Below are positions 22,335 to 33,629 of a DNA stretch of 64,000 nt, in pieces. The notes beneath the pieces are model-generated. The model did no database searches. It saw only the letters and a list, made by a program, of their open reading frames with translations, and was not told the DNA's origin. The position numbers and the translations under genes were made by a program. Position 1 is the stretch's first letter. Each line of letters starts with the position of its first letter. Source of the DNA: Veleropilina oligotropha (Eukaryota); contig JBEUKZ010000047.1 in assembly GCA_048128005.1 (NCBI GenBank), forward strand, positions 186,001 to 250,000. Reading direction: 5' to 3'.

Positions 22335-22557
22335 AGTCCCATTCTTATAAAATACCCCCCCTACCGACTAATCTAAGCTACCCTGTGTCGGACAGCGCTG
22401 GGAGCCCCCCCGGAGACCCTCGGGCCCCCCCTGGATTATTCTAAGACGCCCCCAAATAGACTATTCTAAGCTACCCTAGTTTCGGATGGCGCTGGGAGCC
22501 TCCCCGGGGGCCGGGACCCCCACCCTAGATTATTTCAAAACCCCCTAGTCCCCCCCA
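22335..22557 (-). repeat. G/C-rich putative terminal (TIR-like) sequence
   Basis: Reverse complement of 48685-48915 (GGGGGGACTAGGGGGTTTTGAAATAATCTAGGG...GGGAGGCTCCCAGCGCCATCCGAAACTAGGGTAGCTTAGAATAGTCTATTTGGGGGC). Confidence 0.75.
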
Positions 22558-23410
<853 letters not shown>

Positions 23411-23930
23411 CTTATGGAAGCACCCATTGGTAGCCCTGGCAGGGGTATACAGCATCAATGGTACCATGTTGCCATTCGTACCTGGTACGAATGGTTCAAG
23501 GCGGTCAAAGTTACTATTTAAACGAACTGTTGTTCTTGTATGACTTAGTATAGAAAAATTAATGTCAAATAAGTAACAAAACAAGCTTGATGTGTTAAAA
23601 TGTTTATTTTTAGTTGGATACTAGGGTGACAAAAAATCGATGCATATAAGTTGGTATGTAGGTCAATGGTTAAGCTGCATCCATTGGTATTTCTACATTT
23701 GCCATTCGTACCACTGATATACGCTATTTTTCGAAATTAAGCTATTTTATCGCAGAAAACTGAAAGAAATAAATTTTAAAATGCGATATAAAGCAATTTT
23801 CATTGAAATGTACATTATAATATAGGGGTATACAGCTTATTGAATGATATATCTCCAAATATGTAATCGCGGTATATGGTACCAATTGATGCTGTATAAC
23901 CTAAGTGGTGCCAATGGCTGGATCCAGTGG
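23411..23930. mobile_element. MITE-like non-autonomous DNA element embedded in (TA)n
   Basis: Imperfect ~55-bp TIRs: TGGAAGCACCCATTGG...TATACAGCATCAATGGTACCAT versus the reverse complement of ATGGTACCAATTGATGCTGTATA...CCAATGGCTGGATCCA. TA arrays on both sides. Confidence 0.65.
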
Positions 23931-24078
<148 letters not shown>

Positions 24079-25069
24079 ACTCTATTTCCTCACGTAAGGT
24101 GACATATAAAGCAATACTTTATTCCGGTGTCAATTCGACATTTGATCATAACTTATTCACTGTACATCCGAATCATCTCAAAATAAACTAGAATGTTTGG
24201 TTTTCACCGCTTTACAGTATATGACGTAAATAGTTTTTATAACATAAACAGAGTAAGATATGTGTAAAAATGTGTAAAAATGTTGTCGCCATAAGAATTT
24301 TTATTACGAAACCTGTATTCGGGTGTCATGATGCAATGGTACCCTAGGAACAGATTTAGCATATAAAATGCTAATTTTCACACAGGCCTATATATTATAT
24401 AAGATCCGGTTGTTTACGGCGCCGCCATTTTGTTCGGTAGAGTTTTAGATTTAATGTTTCAAGTGTGCAAACTTCAAAATAGGTGAGTACATTGTGTATT
24501 ACTATCACTTAGGATATCATATTTCGTTATATAAGTCACCGCATAGGCCTACTTACGATACTAGTCTTAATTAATGCAGTTAAGCAATATTATTAACGGT
24601 AATGTGGACCAATTAACAAGGGAGATAAGTTTATGTTTTCGTCGGGGCGAATATACTGTAACACTAACAGTAATCATAAACGTATGAATTGTGCAGAAAT
24701 AATAAAGAAGGCGCTAAAAGACTGCAAAGCAGTGTGTCCAATGCAATTCTAATTTCTAACTGTGGGACAGCATACGATATTAATAATTATATTATTATCT
24801 TTTCAATCATTCATCAGCGTGATACGTACAGATGTGTTAAATAAAGGACGATTCTACAATTCATCAGAATTCGGGTATTTTTCTCATAATATGCCGGATT
24901 CACTATCATGCCGAGGTAAAAATATATTGTATAGCTTTTTTTAATTTTAATTTAATTTCGTAATTTAGTTGTTTAATTGACTTTAAAGAAAAGCCACTGT
25001 CTGTGCAAAATATTTATAATGCATAGCACTTTCTCACTATTTAAAAGCATATATATACAAAATTAATAC

Positions 25070-27270
25070 ATACACCGCTAAAGAAATTTATAATTGAATT
25101 AATGACATAAAATCACATTTTTCGCCAAATTAATACTCAAACAAGTTAAAACATAACAAAGATTATTTCAATACTGTAAAGTAATATTATATCGCATCAT
25201 TTGAACATATCTATCGCATCATTTGAACATATCTATTAATATTTATAATTCAACATGCATATTGAAGTGGATGCGGTATAACCAAAACAAAATATTACAT
25301 CTTTAGCAGTCTTAACAAACGGTTTTCAGGCTGTGTGCAGGTATTTTTTATTTTCAAATTGCATGTTTTAGTTAACAAATTATAATCTAGTAATCCACCT
25401 ACCACTTAACCGCAATGATGTAACTTTATATCATTTAATAAATAACTTGAAATTCTTTTTGAGGTGACAAAAATGTTGAATATTATTATCATAGCCTAGG
25501 GTGCAGGAGAAAGCATCTGAGGTACATTTCTACATCTATTAGGATATATTAGAATATCATATTAAAGATGCTGATTCCGCTTCGTTATGTAATTTCATTC
25601 GAAGAAAACTACAAATGGTGTATTGTGTGTATTTATCACCTACTCATTAAATTGTGATGATACGCAAGTTAATATGCAGCATAACATATTTTAATTATTA
25701 GATAATCGCTTATGACATAGACATGCTTTTAACGTGAACAGTTGCATGCGTTAGAAGCCAATGAATATAGGAGGTTGATGTTTCCCCCAGTCGATTTTAT
25801 TAATGTTACAATGTCATGGTATTAGCAATATATGTATCGAATAATTTTAAAACACGGTACATGCCATTAGTTTACACTTTATGTTCAGATAATGTATTGC
25901 TTTCATACAAAATTTATATATATAACTTCCTGAAGCCGCCGTAAAGGATCACCTTTTTAATTCAATATCAACGTTTTAAACATTTATTACCATATCTTAC
26001 ATTTTATTTCTGGATATCGGATCGCTGCTTATCGTTCATCTGTTTACGTTTGACGATTAGTACACGCTGCACTCGACTCGATAACATGACAAATAATGCT
26101 GATTTAACACTCAACGCTCACATGTATCGATAACAATATATTGAAAAATTAATTTACCTATGGTGACTACCTTGTATAAACAACTACAAAACCAAGATTG
26201 CAAGCAACTACTAATGACCCGTAACAATCAACTCTATGTGGAAACTCCGTCCCAGAATTTGATATTTCAGCAAAGATACTTGAATGTATTTTGAATCTGA
26301 ACTTTAACCTTCAATCAAAGTCTCGCACCGTAAATTTCTCTAATGCGTTGGGTCAAATATTGACCAATGAAATCAATCGGTGAAATGCCAAATTCTGGAG
26401 CGAAATTTCCACGTAGAGTTGACTGTTACGGGTCGTTACTTAGTAGTTGTTTATAAGAGGTAGGTAAATTAATTTTTCAATATATTGTTTGTTAAACAAC
26501 ATAGTTATCGATACATGTGAGCGCTGAGTGTTAAATTTGTAAGATATTCGTAATGTTATCAAAGTCGAGTGCAGCACACGCTGTTGTTCCCGACCCCCCT
26601 TGTCTATATTATATATAGGTGCAGTTACCTGCGCTAATCGTCAAACGTAAACAGTAATCAGTGATCCCGGCCCCTGTGCTGGATATGGTAATCTCTATAC
26701 CATGCAGCATAACTTTATGCAATGAATACATACAAAAACAGTTAGATTAATTGGCGTTAAATCCCACTTGAAGGAAATGAAGTGGAATCAGCATCTTTAA
26801 ATGTCCACTATTATAACAGGAGACTCCAATAGACTAAGGTCAAGACATAATACGAACGCGTCGTTCTCGAGCACATTTTAAAAAAGAATGCTGGAATTAC
26901 GGGTATAACTTCAAATACTATTGCATGATGGATTAGCTGATATATAATTGGCATTTGCTAGGAATGAATAGCATTTAATAATTAATCGTCAATTGGGTTT
27001 GTATACCGCGCATAACGGTATTGACGATTTAAGACACTATCACATTGCATATATATATATAATATGTATAGCGGACATATGCTTTGATAACACATCTACC
27101 GTTTTGTGACAATCATAGTGTCCAGTACTGAATGTCTCTAATCATCTTATTACTTTCATCAAATGAATATGCTCCTTTCAATATAATTCATATATTAAGC
27201 GGTGTTGATATATGTATTTTCATATGAATTACATTACATTTATTTGGCGAAAGTTTTAAAATGTGTCCGT
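25070..27270. repeat. Long degenerate palindrome / foldback-type element centred near 26358
   Basis: Arms 26040-26270 and 26380-26654 are clear inverted copies. Outer matches at 25562/26778 (TAAAGATGCTGATTCC) and ~25120/27245 (TTTCGCCAAAT). Central GGTCAAATATTGACC. Confidence 0.7.
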
Positions 27271-27439
27271 AAATGAAAACATTTACATCTTCATGTATGT
27301 CGGCGCCAGGTGAATGGTTATTGGCCGTCAGATTTGTCATTGTGTTAAAATTTTATTCCAGATTGTGCTAAAAGTCTTACGTATTATAATCAAAACATGC
27401 AATTAGTGGAGGGACGGAGGAATGATGCTTCATGTCCTG

Positions 27440-27695
27440 TATATTTACAACATCGAGGTTCAAGACAGGACGTGTTCGTGTTATCGCGGGGGGAAAACCC
27501 TGGTCGCCCGGGTAAACCCGGCCAGTCGCGGACAACTGTGATTCATAACTTGAACAAATGTCAATGCCTCTGCCAGGTATTGAACCCACTACTGTTCGCA
27601 TTAGCGGAATCAAGCCAGTGAATTTAGAGTGGACACTCTTACCCACTGCGCTGCCGAATTTAGAGTGGACTCTCTTACCCACTGCACTGCCGAAG
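27440..27695 (-). mobile_element. tRNA-derived SINE-like element
   Basis: Minus strand: A-box-like GCAGCGCAGTGG (duplicated 39-bp head), B-box GGTTCAATACC, then a GGGTTTACCCGGGCGACCAGGGTTTTCCCCC core resembling the V-SINE domain. Confidence 0.55.
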
Positions 27696-28090
27696 CAGCC
27701 TCTGCAATTAGTAAATGGAACAGCTTTAAGTTGGCACATATCAATTTTACAATGAAGAAATTGTCTGTAAAAAGGATAAATATATTATCATATCATTATG
27801 GGATGTCAAAATCTTTTAAATACCATAATATACAATAATGAAAATACGATTGAATCTATGATGATGTAAAATCGATAAATTTTATAGTGTGTCGTGCCTT
27901 TGAAATCGTGGGACAAGGAAAAAGTAAAATTCTGCCCATTACGACAAAATACCCTTATATATACTAGAGGTTTATAAATAGCTCTTTCTATTTTCAATGT
28001 AAAGTGCACACATTACAATTTAAATTATAGAACTTAACTGAATAATAGAACTTAACTGTAGGTCACAATGTATATTACACAAATGTATTA

Positions 28091-29450
28091 ATTGTATCCC
28101 CCGAAATGAAAGTATCGGGGGATACTATGGTTTAGCATCCGTTACGCCGCCGCGTCCGCCGAGAGATTCCTTGTTATCGCACTAGACAGGCCATTTCTTA
28201 ACGAAATGTTTTCAAATTTGGTATGTGCATTGGTTGGGGCGAGGAATCGACACCTAAAGAATTTGGGTGTGGTCCGACCTCCAAGATGGCCGCCACAGCC
28301 TCCATTTTGGATTTTAAGGATAATTCCTTGTGATCGCACTAGACAGGCCATTTTTTAACGGAATGTTTCCAAATTTGGTATGTGCATTGCTTTGGGCGAG
28401 GACACGGCAACTATAGAATTTGAGTGTGGTCCGACCTCCAAGGTGGCCGCTGTGGTCTCCATCTTGGATATTAAGCATAATTATTTGTGATCGCTCTAGA
28501 CAGGCCATTTCTTAACGGAATATTTTCAAATTTCGTATGTGCATTGGTTGGGACGAGGACACAACACCTATATATTTTGGGTCACGTGACCTCAAGATTT
28601 TGGTGGCCATCTTGAATTCATTAGAAAACTATTTCCTTTTATAAATTTGTTAATATTTAACCTAGCGGGGCATGATTTATATATTAAGATACCAGAGGTA
28701 ATTGTCTAAAATGTCATGGAGGTGGATTTTTTAATTTTTAAATTTAACCGGCAGCCATATTGGATTTAAATTTTAAGGGTCTTTAAATGGCTATATCTTG
28801 AAAATGATGCAACGTAGACACATGGTCACTATGGGAAGTCATGGTTGGGCTTTCAAATTGCACCATGTCCTTTGAACTCAGATGACCTACATTGCTCTAA
28901 AGACCTAATTAAGGAAAAATGGATATATGTGTGCCTAGAGTGGATAAAGTGAACTCCTATTGACGTATGTAGTTGACATTTACCAATTATGCCAGATAAA
29001 ATTAAAAAGCCGGAAGTGACTCGGCGGCCATTATAGCATTTGTTTCAAATGTCAATATATAAAAAAGGATGCACCGTGGACACATAGTTACTATGGGAAG
29101 TCATGGTTGATCTTTCACATGTGACCTTGGCCTTTGACCTCAGTTGACCTACATTGCAGAAAATGACCCCATTAAGGAAAAAGACATGTTTGTCAGGAAA
29201 TGGCCAACTCGGTTAATATTGATGTAGAGCTTAGATATTTTAAATAACAAAATTGCCGCCACATTTTTCTTAAAAAGGCCAGAACTCGAGACCCATGTGG
29301 CAGTGTGGTGTACAGACCTGAAATTTGCGGCATTCGATTCAGAGTGGCCGCTCTACAGTGAAAAGTTATATTTCAATATCATTTCAATTCGGTATGCACG
29401 TTCGTTATGATGAGGACACCCTGCCTAACGATTTTTGTCGTTTTCGGATA
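28091..29450. mobile_element. Helentron/HINE-like non-autonomous element with internal ~158-bp tandem repeats
   Basis: Terminal hairpin GTATCCCCCG...CGGGGGATAC, short GCC microsatellite, then repeats (CTAGACAGGCCATT at ~28182, 28339, 28496). Right boundary uncertain. Confidence 0.55.
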
Positions 29451-29509
29451 AATTTGTACATGGTGAAAAGATTTTTTAACTTACTTTGGAACAGATAGTG
29501 AAATGTTCG

Positions 29510-30570
29510 ATCGACGTTTCGAGTGCTCAGCTAGCAATCCTGATGACATAATGATCTTGTTGGCGGCATGGGGCGCTCAGGTAGCAGGCTGTGGTAGATG
29601 ACGGGCAGTACGTTGGTATCCCTGGTCACGGTTTATGGTAGGTTTACGTTGGCGGATGTAAATGGCCTCATTGACATTGCGTTTGGTCCAGTCAGGTTCG
29701 CGGGTGAGGATTGAAGTTGTGCTTAGTGACACTGAGTGACCGGTGGCTTGGCAGTGATCACCCACCCCCATAAGCTTATCGAGGCTGGTATGCTTCTTGA
29801 AGCGAGTCGCCAGGGTACGCTTGGTTTCGGACTGGTCAGGGGACTGATTTGGTTTATATAACCCTTGCCACATTTCTTCTCGTCTGGGGTACGGTCCTTT
29901 GGGTGTACCAAAATAGATATTAATTTATTGGAGGGTTGATGGTAGGTGTTGATACCATAAGACTTGTAAATACGAGCAAGTTTGTCAGACAAACCTTTTA
30001 TGTATGGTATACCAATCAGAGGTGGCCGGTGTTGTTGCGGTAGTGTCTAGTGGTAGAGGACGTGGTTTGGGCTTCAGGATGTTGAGGGCCCATTTGGCAT
30101 ATCCATTGTCGCGAAGCCCACTCCTCACGTGTTCACGTTTCTTGCGCTGGTCTAGTGTCATCATGACTAGTTGTCCGCTCTGCGCAATATTGTACGGACA
30201 ACAGGTCGTCTGTGTTCCCGCGGATGGTGCGAATGAAAGTTTAATTATATACTGGTCCGTATGGGTGGGCTTACTGTAAAGAGTAATTTTAGTGCCACCG
30301 TCATAAAAAATGTTGATGCACAGATCAAGAAAGGGGAGTTTGTTGTTGATCTCCGATTCAATAATAAAACGAATGGTCGGATCGATACGGTTAATGTGGG
30401 CCGAGAACACTTCTACATCATATTCATGGATCTTCACAAACGTGCCATCCACATAGCGAAGTCAAATAGATGGGCTGACTGGCGAGGTGAATAGTGCTAT
30501 GTGTTTGAAATGTTCCATGTAGAGATTTCATATACAAGACGCGACACCGGGGAACCCATTGCCGTTTCCA
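29510..30570 (-). pseudogene. Penelope-like retroelement fragment (RT C-terminus plus GIY-YIG endonuclease)
   Basis: AHINRIDPTIRF..ESE.NNKLPFLDL, YSKPTHTDQY, LVHPKD, ETKRTLATRFKKH, EAIYIRQRKPTINRDQG; multiple frameshifts. Confidence 0.88.
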
Positions 30571-31339
30571 GATCCCTACACAGTGATAATGACAGAATGT
30601 CCGTGTCCTCGAAACTGTTTATGATTTCAGCACGTGCGTCGCTCGTATACACTTTGCATCATAATACATAACTTATTTTGACCTAGAAATCTGCATAACA
30701 AATATGACTCGTATAAAATCGAATTGCATCAGCACTTCTTCCAGATATTTTGTGACAAGGTGCTGCTCGTCTTGTCCAATATCAGTTTTCACCACAACCT
30801 GAACTCGTACAGTAAAGCCACATATTGTACATAATTAATAATACTTTATAATACACATTTATGACAATCAAGTATCAAATTCTAGTAGGTTTTGTTCAGT
30901 TTTGAAACATATTTCATTTCTTATAGGTTAATTACCACTAAATGACCAGGCGAAGAATGGCGATGCGATTGGAAGTTGCGATATAAGAAGTCACGCAGTA
31001 GTTAACTGTATTCCAGGTAGGTGAGTGGATAATATTGTGTGAACTCTATTCTAAATATGTCAGCGGAGAGTTTTTGGCTCCGCTGTGACGTAGTCTTCAA
31101 AGCTGTCTGATAACTTTTTTCTTCTTTTCCTGGAGTGAACTCAATCTGAGTGTTAAATACCCCAAAGCATCTGTCGACAACAGCTAAAAACCTCCGTGCG
31201 TGTATTTACAATTAAAATAATAAAATATGGGGATTTATATCAGCATGAAAGGTCCCGGCACCGGCAATTGGGCCAGGGCCACCTTGAAGCCTTCCAATGT
31301 TGGTGCTTGCCGGACTTCTGGTGGTACACTACTGCATTC

Positions 31340-31826
31340 CAGGTAAGGATACTTCCCCCTTGAATTCGTGCCCGTCATCCACCATTAGCATTTTTGGCCA
31401 GGATAAGAGGGACGGGCTGGTCTTGTAGATGTCAGCAAACGCCTTAGCTACTTCGCTCGCCGATTTCGATGTTAGTGGTCGGGCAGCCTTGTAGCGAGAG
31501 GCCCCGTCGACCAAGGTCAAAGCATACTAGTACGTTTTACGGCCGACCTTGTCATGTGGGAGATAGAGAAGATCGGCCTGGTGGACGACACCGGGCCTGT
31601 CCTCTGTGAAACGGGCAAATACCTCTCTAGGGGGTTTCGTCTGCATGTACCGCCCAACCTCCTGTGTCGAGATCCACTCCCGGATTCTTTTTATTGAGGC
31701 TGCGCCTTTTGGAAGCCTTGAGTGCAGAGCTGAGATGCCCTGGAACCCCCCATCTGCGTAGTAGTACTTGCGGAGGGTTTCGTCGAGTTCTTTAGCCATC
31801 AAGGGCTTCTGTTTCTTCGCTGCCAT
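31340..31826 (-). pseudogene. Retroviral-like (rve) integrase, internal stop at 31527 and C-terminally truncated
   Basis: YYYADGGFQGISALH...IREWISTQE...HQADLLYLPHD...Y*YALTLVDGASRYKAARPLTSKSASEVAKAF...PKMLMVDDGHEFKG: first two Asp of the DDE triad, Polinton-type N-terminus. Confidence 0.88.
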
Positions 31827-32067
31827 CGAGAGTTGCGAGGTATTCCAGCAACGTGATCAGTCTCCAACAGGCTTCAGCTTCCGCCTCCGGAAGCTGCCCA
31901 GTCGTCGCCCGTAGGTTGGTCGGGCCCGAGAGCACCATGACCGCGAACCGCACCATAGTCTTTTCGTTGCGCCGCCAGCAGTCGAGTGACGTAGTACCAA
32001 GGGCGGCAAGGCCCACCTCTAGCATAGCACAGTACAGCTCTTCTGGGAGGCCCATTATATAAGGCAC
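31792..32067 (-). CDS. Viral hypothetical protein, ~91 aa
   Basis: ORF track; overlaps the integrase start. Confidence 0.4.
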   Translation of the reverse strand: MPYIMGLPEELYCAMLEVGLAALGTTSLDCWRRNEKTMVRFAVMVLSGPTNLRATTGQLPEAEAEACWRLITLLEYLATLDGSEETEALDG

Positions 32068-32090
32068 ACGAAAAAAATGTCCACTGGAAA

Positions 32091-32525
32091 TTAGGGTAGG
32101 AGCTTGTAGGCTACCAACCCGGTCGCAGCCATCCCCAGGATGACGAAGGTGATCTCACGCTCCTTCTGGTCGTCGCTCGGCGTATAGTAGTCAGACAGGG
32201 CGGGCTCAGGGCCACCCCCCAGGGTGGCGGGGTCAAGGTGCTTGCCGGTGATCAATGCATACTCACGGATCGCGGCGTCAACATCCCGGAATGTGCCAAC
32301 GGCATGACCCTGGCGGCGAAGTTCAACATTCAGCCAATCGAGACGCTCTGCCCTCTGTTGGGACCATTTAGTCTGAGCGGCCTGGAGGTGCTCTATGGCT
32401 TTGTCGTGGCATTTACGCTCCTCGTCGACACCGGAGCTGCGTAGCTTCGAGAACAGGAAGTTTGACCCGCTGAAGGCGAGGGCGTTGACAAGAGCACCCC
32501 CAACCAGCATCGCTATGGAGGCCAT
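32091..32525 (-). CDS. Viral hypothetical protein with N- and C-terminal hydrophobic segments, 144 aa
   Basis: MASIAMLVGGALVNALAFSGSNFLFS, a charged helical middle and terminal ITFVILGMAATGLVAYKL; frame intact. Confidence 0.75.
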   Translation of the reverse strand: MASIAMLVGGALVNALAFSGSNFLFSKLRSSGVDEERKCHDKAIEHLQAAQTKWSQQRAERLDWLNVELRRQGHAVGTFRDVDAAIREYALITGKHLDPATLGGGPEPALSDYYTPSDDQKEREITFVILGMAATGLVAYKLLP

Positions 32526-32545
32526 TGTGATGCAGGACTGCGTCT

Positions 32546-32785
32546 CTACTTCAATACGTCGGCTGGAATGATGCCTTGCTTGATCAGCATATCCTTCGTC
32601 GCCATGGCGAGCGCCACGTCGAGGACCACCATTCCGACATCATAACCAGTGAAGTCCAGTTTGGGGCGTGGTCCCTTGAATACCATCTTTGTCAGGCGTG
32701 AGTAGCCAATGGCAAGGCCAGACACGATGGCCGAATGATAGACGGCATTGCCGAGCATCTTTCCATCGGTGATTGGGGTAGTCAT
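32546..32785 (-). CDS. Viral small membrane protein, 79 aa
   Basis: Intact ORF with two hydrophobic helices, packed between neighbours. Confidence 0.7.
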   Translation of the reverse strand: MTTPITDGKMLGNAVYHSAIVSGLAIGYSRLTKMVFKGPRPKLDFTGYDVGMVVLDVALAMATKDMLIKQGIIPADVLK

Positions 32786-32808
32786 GCTGTTGATGGTACC
32801 GTTTGCTA

Positions 32809-33294
32809 CTATCGCATATGGAACGGGTTGTGCTCATTCTTCAATTCGGTGGTGGGCGGGGTGGGGGCCGGGGGAGCCTGGGGCTGCCTCGCCGGTGCTG
32901 GTGGCTGTTGATGTGGTGTGGATGGACCACTACTGCGTTTCCAGACAACCAATAACAACGCGACCCCGCCTGCAGCGAAGAGTCCTTGGGTCCAATTAAA
33001 TGGGTCCGATTTCCGTGTAGCTGACTGTACGGTGCGAAAGTCGTTTTCGACTGCGGTCACCTCGACCGGGGTATTACCACTGTGTGGCGCCTCCGGTAGT
33101 GCTGAAGGAACCGTGCTGACAGTTTGTCGGGTGTCTTCTTTATTTTTTCTAAGCTCGGCAAGTAGCCTCTCCTGTTTGGCTTTCCTCGCAGCAGCTCCGG
33201 CCCTCCCTGCAGCCACCTTCTTAGGGTCCTTCCCCGAAGAAGAGGTCACCCTCTCTATCGTCTCTATCGGCTGGTCCGTTTCCGGCGTCGTCAT
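32809..33294 (-). CDS. Viral hypothetical protein (basic KDPKKVAAGRAGAAARK motif, TM helix, Pro-rich tail)
   Basis: ORF track 32809-33339; probable ATG at MTTPETD. Confidence 0.65.
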   Translation of the reverse strand: MTTPETDQPIETIERVTSSSGKDPKKVAAGRAGAAARKAKQERLLAELRKNKEDTRQTVSTVPSALPEAPHSGNTPVEVTAVENDFRTVQSATRKSDPFNWTQGLFAAGGVALLLVVWKRSSGPSTPHQQPPAPARQPQAPPAPTPPTTELKNEHNPFHMR

Positions 33295-33500
33295 CTTGAT
33301 CTCGCTCTCGCGGTATCTTGGGGGGGCAGACGTGTCCAAATCGGCAGTGCTTAGCCGTGGTCAACGCGGCGGTCAGCGGTGCTAGATACATGCCGTACTG
33401 GTGATACAGCTCACAGCTTGCGGTGCACAGCGCATGTGAGATGAACGGGTCGGCCTCCAGGTCGGCGATCAGTCGTAGCTGGTTTGCTGCTGGAATGGTC
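33221..33500 (-). pseudogene. Viral hypothetical protein, 5' part lost at LINE D junction
   Basis: LIADLEADPFISHAL...CELYHQYGMYLAPLTAALTTAKHC; upstream sequence switches to the A-rich LINE 3' UTR. Confidence 0.6.
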
Positions 33501-33629
33501 AACACAAGGCAATACAATAACAAAATTTAAAAGATCAAATGTTTGCTAAAAACTAGTATAATAATAAAATAGTATAATTAAAAACAAAATATAGAATTTA
33601 GTCAAAGGAAATAAAAGTATAAATAAGAA

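Larger units (their letters stand above)
10807..22557. mobile_element. Endogenous Polinton/Maverick-like virus, copy 1 (right portion), interrupted by LINE C
   Basis: GC-rich, intronless, gene-dense block with capsid-like genes, syntenic with 45463-48684. Ends in a structured G/C-rich terminus next to (TA)n. Confidence 0.75.
31340..33500 (-). mobile_element. Endogenous Polinton-like virus, copy 2, left portion
   Basis: Tightly packed GC-rich minus-strand ORFs ending in an rve integrase; same composition as the other viral blocks. Confidence 0.72.

Noticed and set aside
27570..27695. Functional tRNA gene
   Set aside because: A/B boxes are present, but there is no full cloverleaf, the head is duplicated and a SINE-like body follows.
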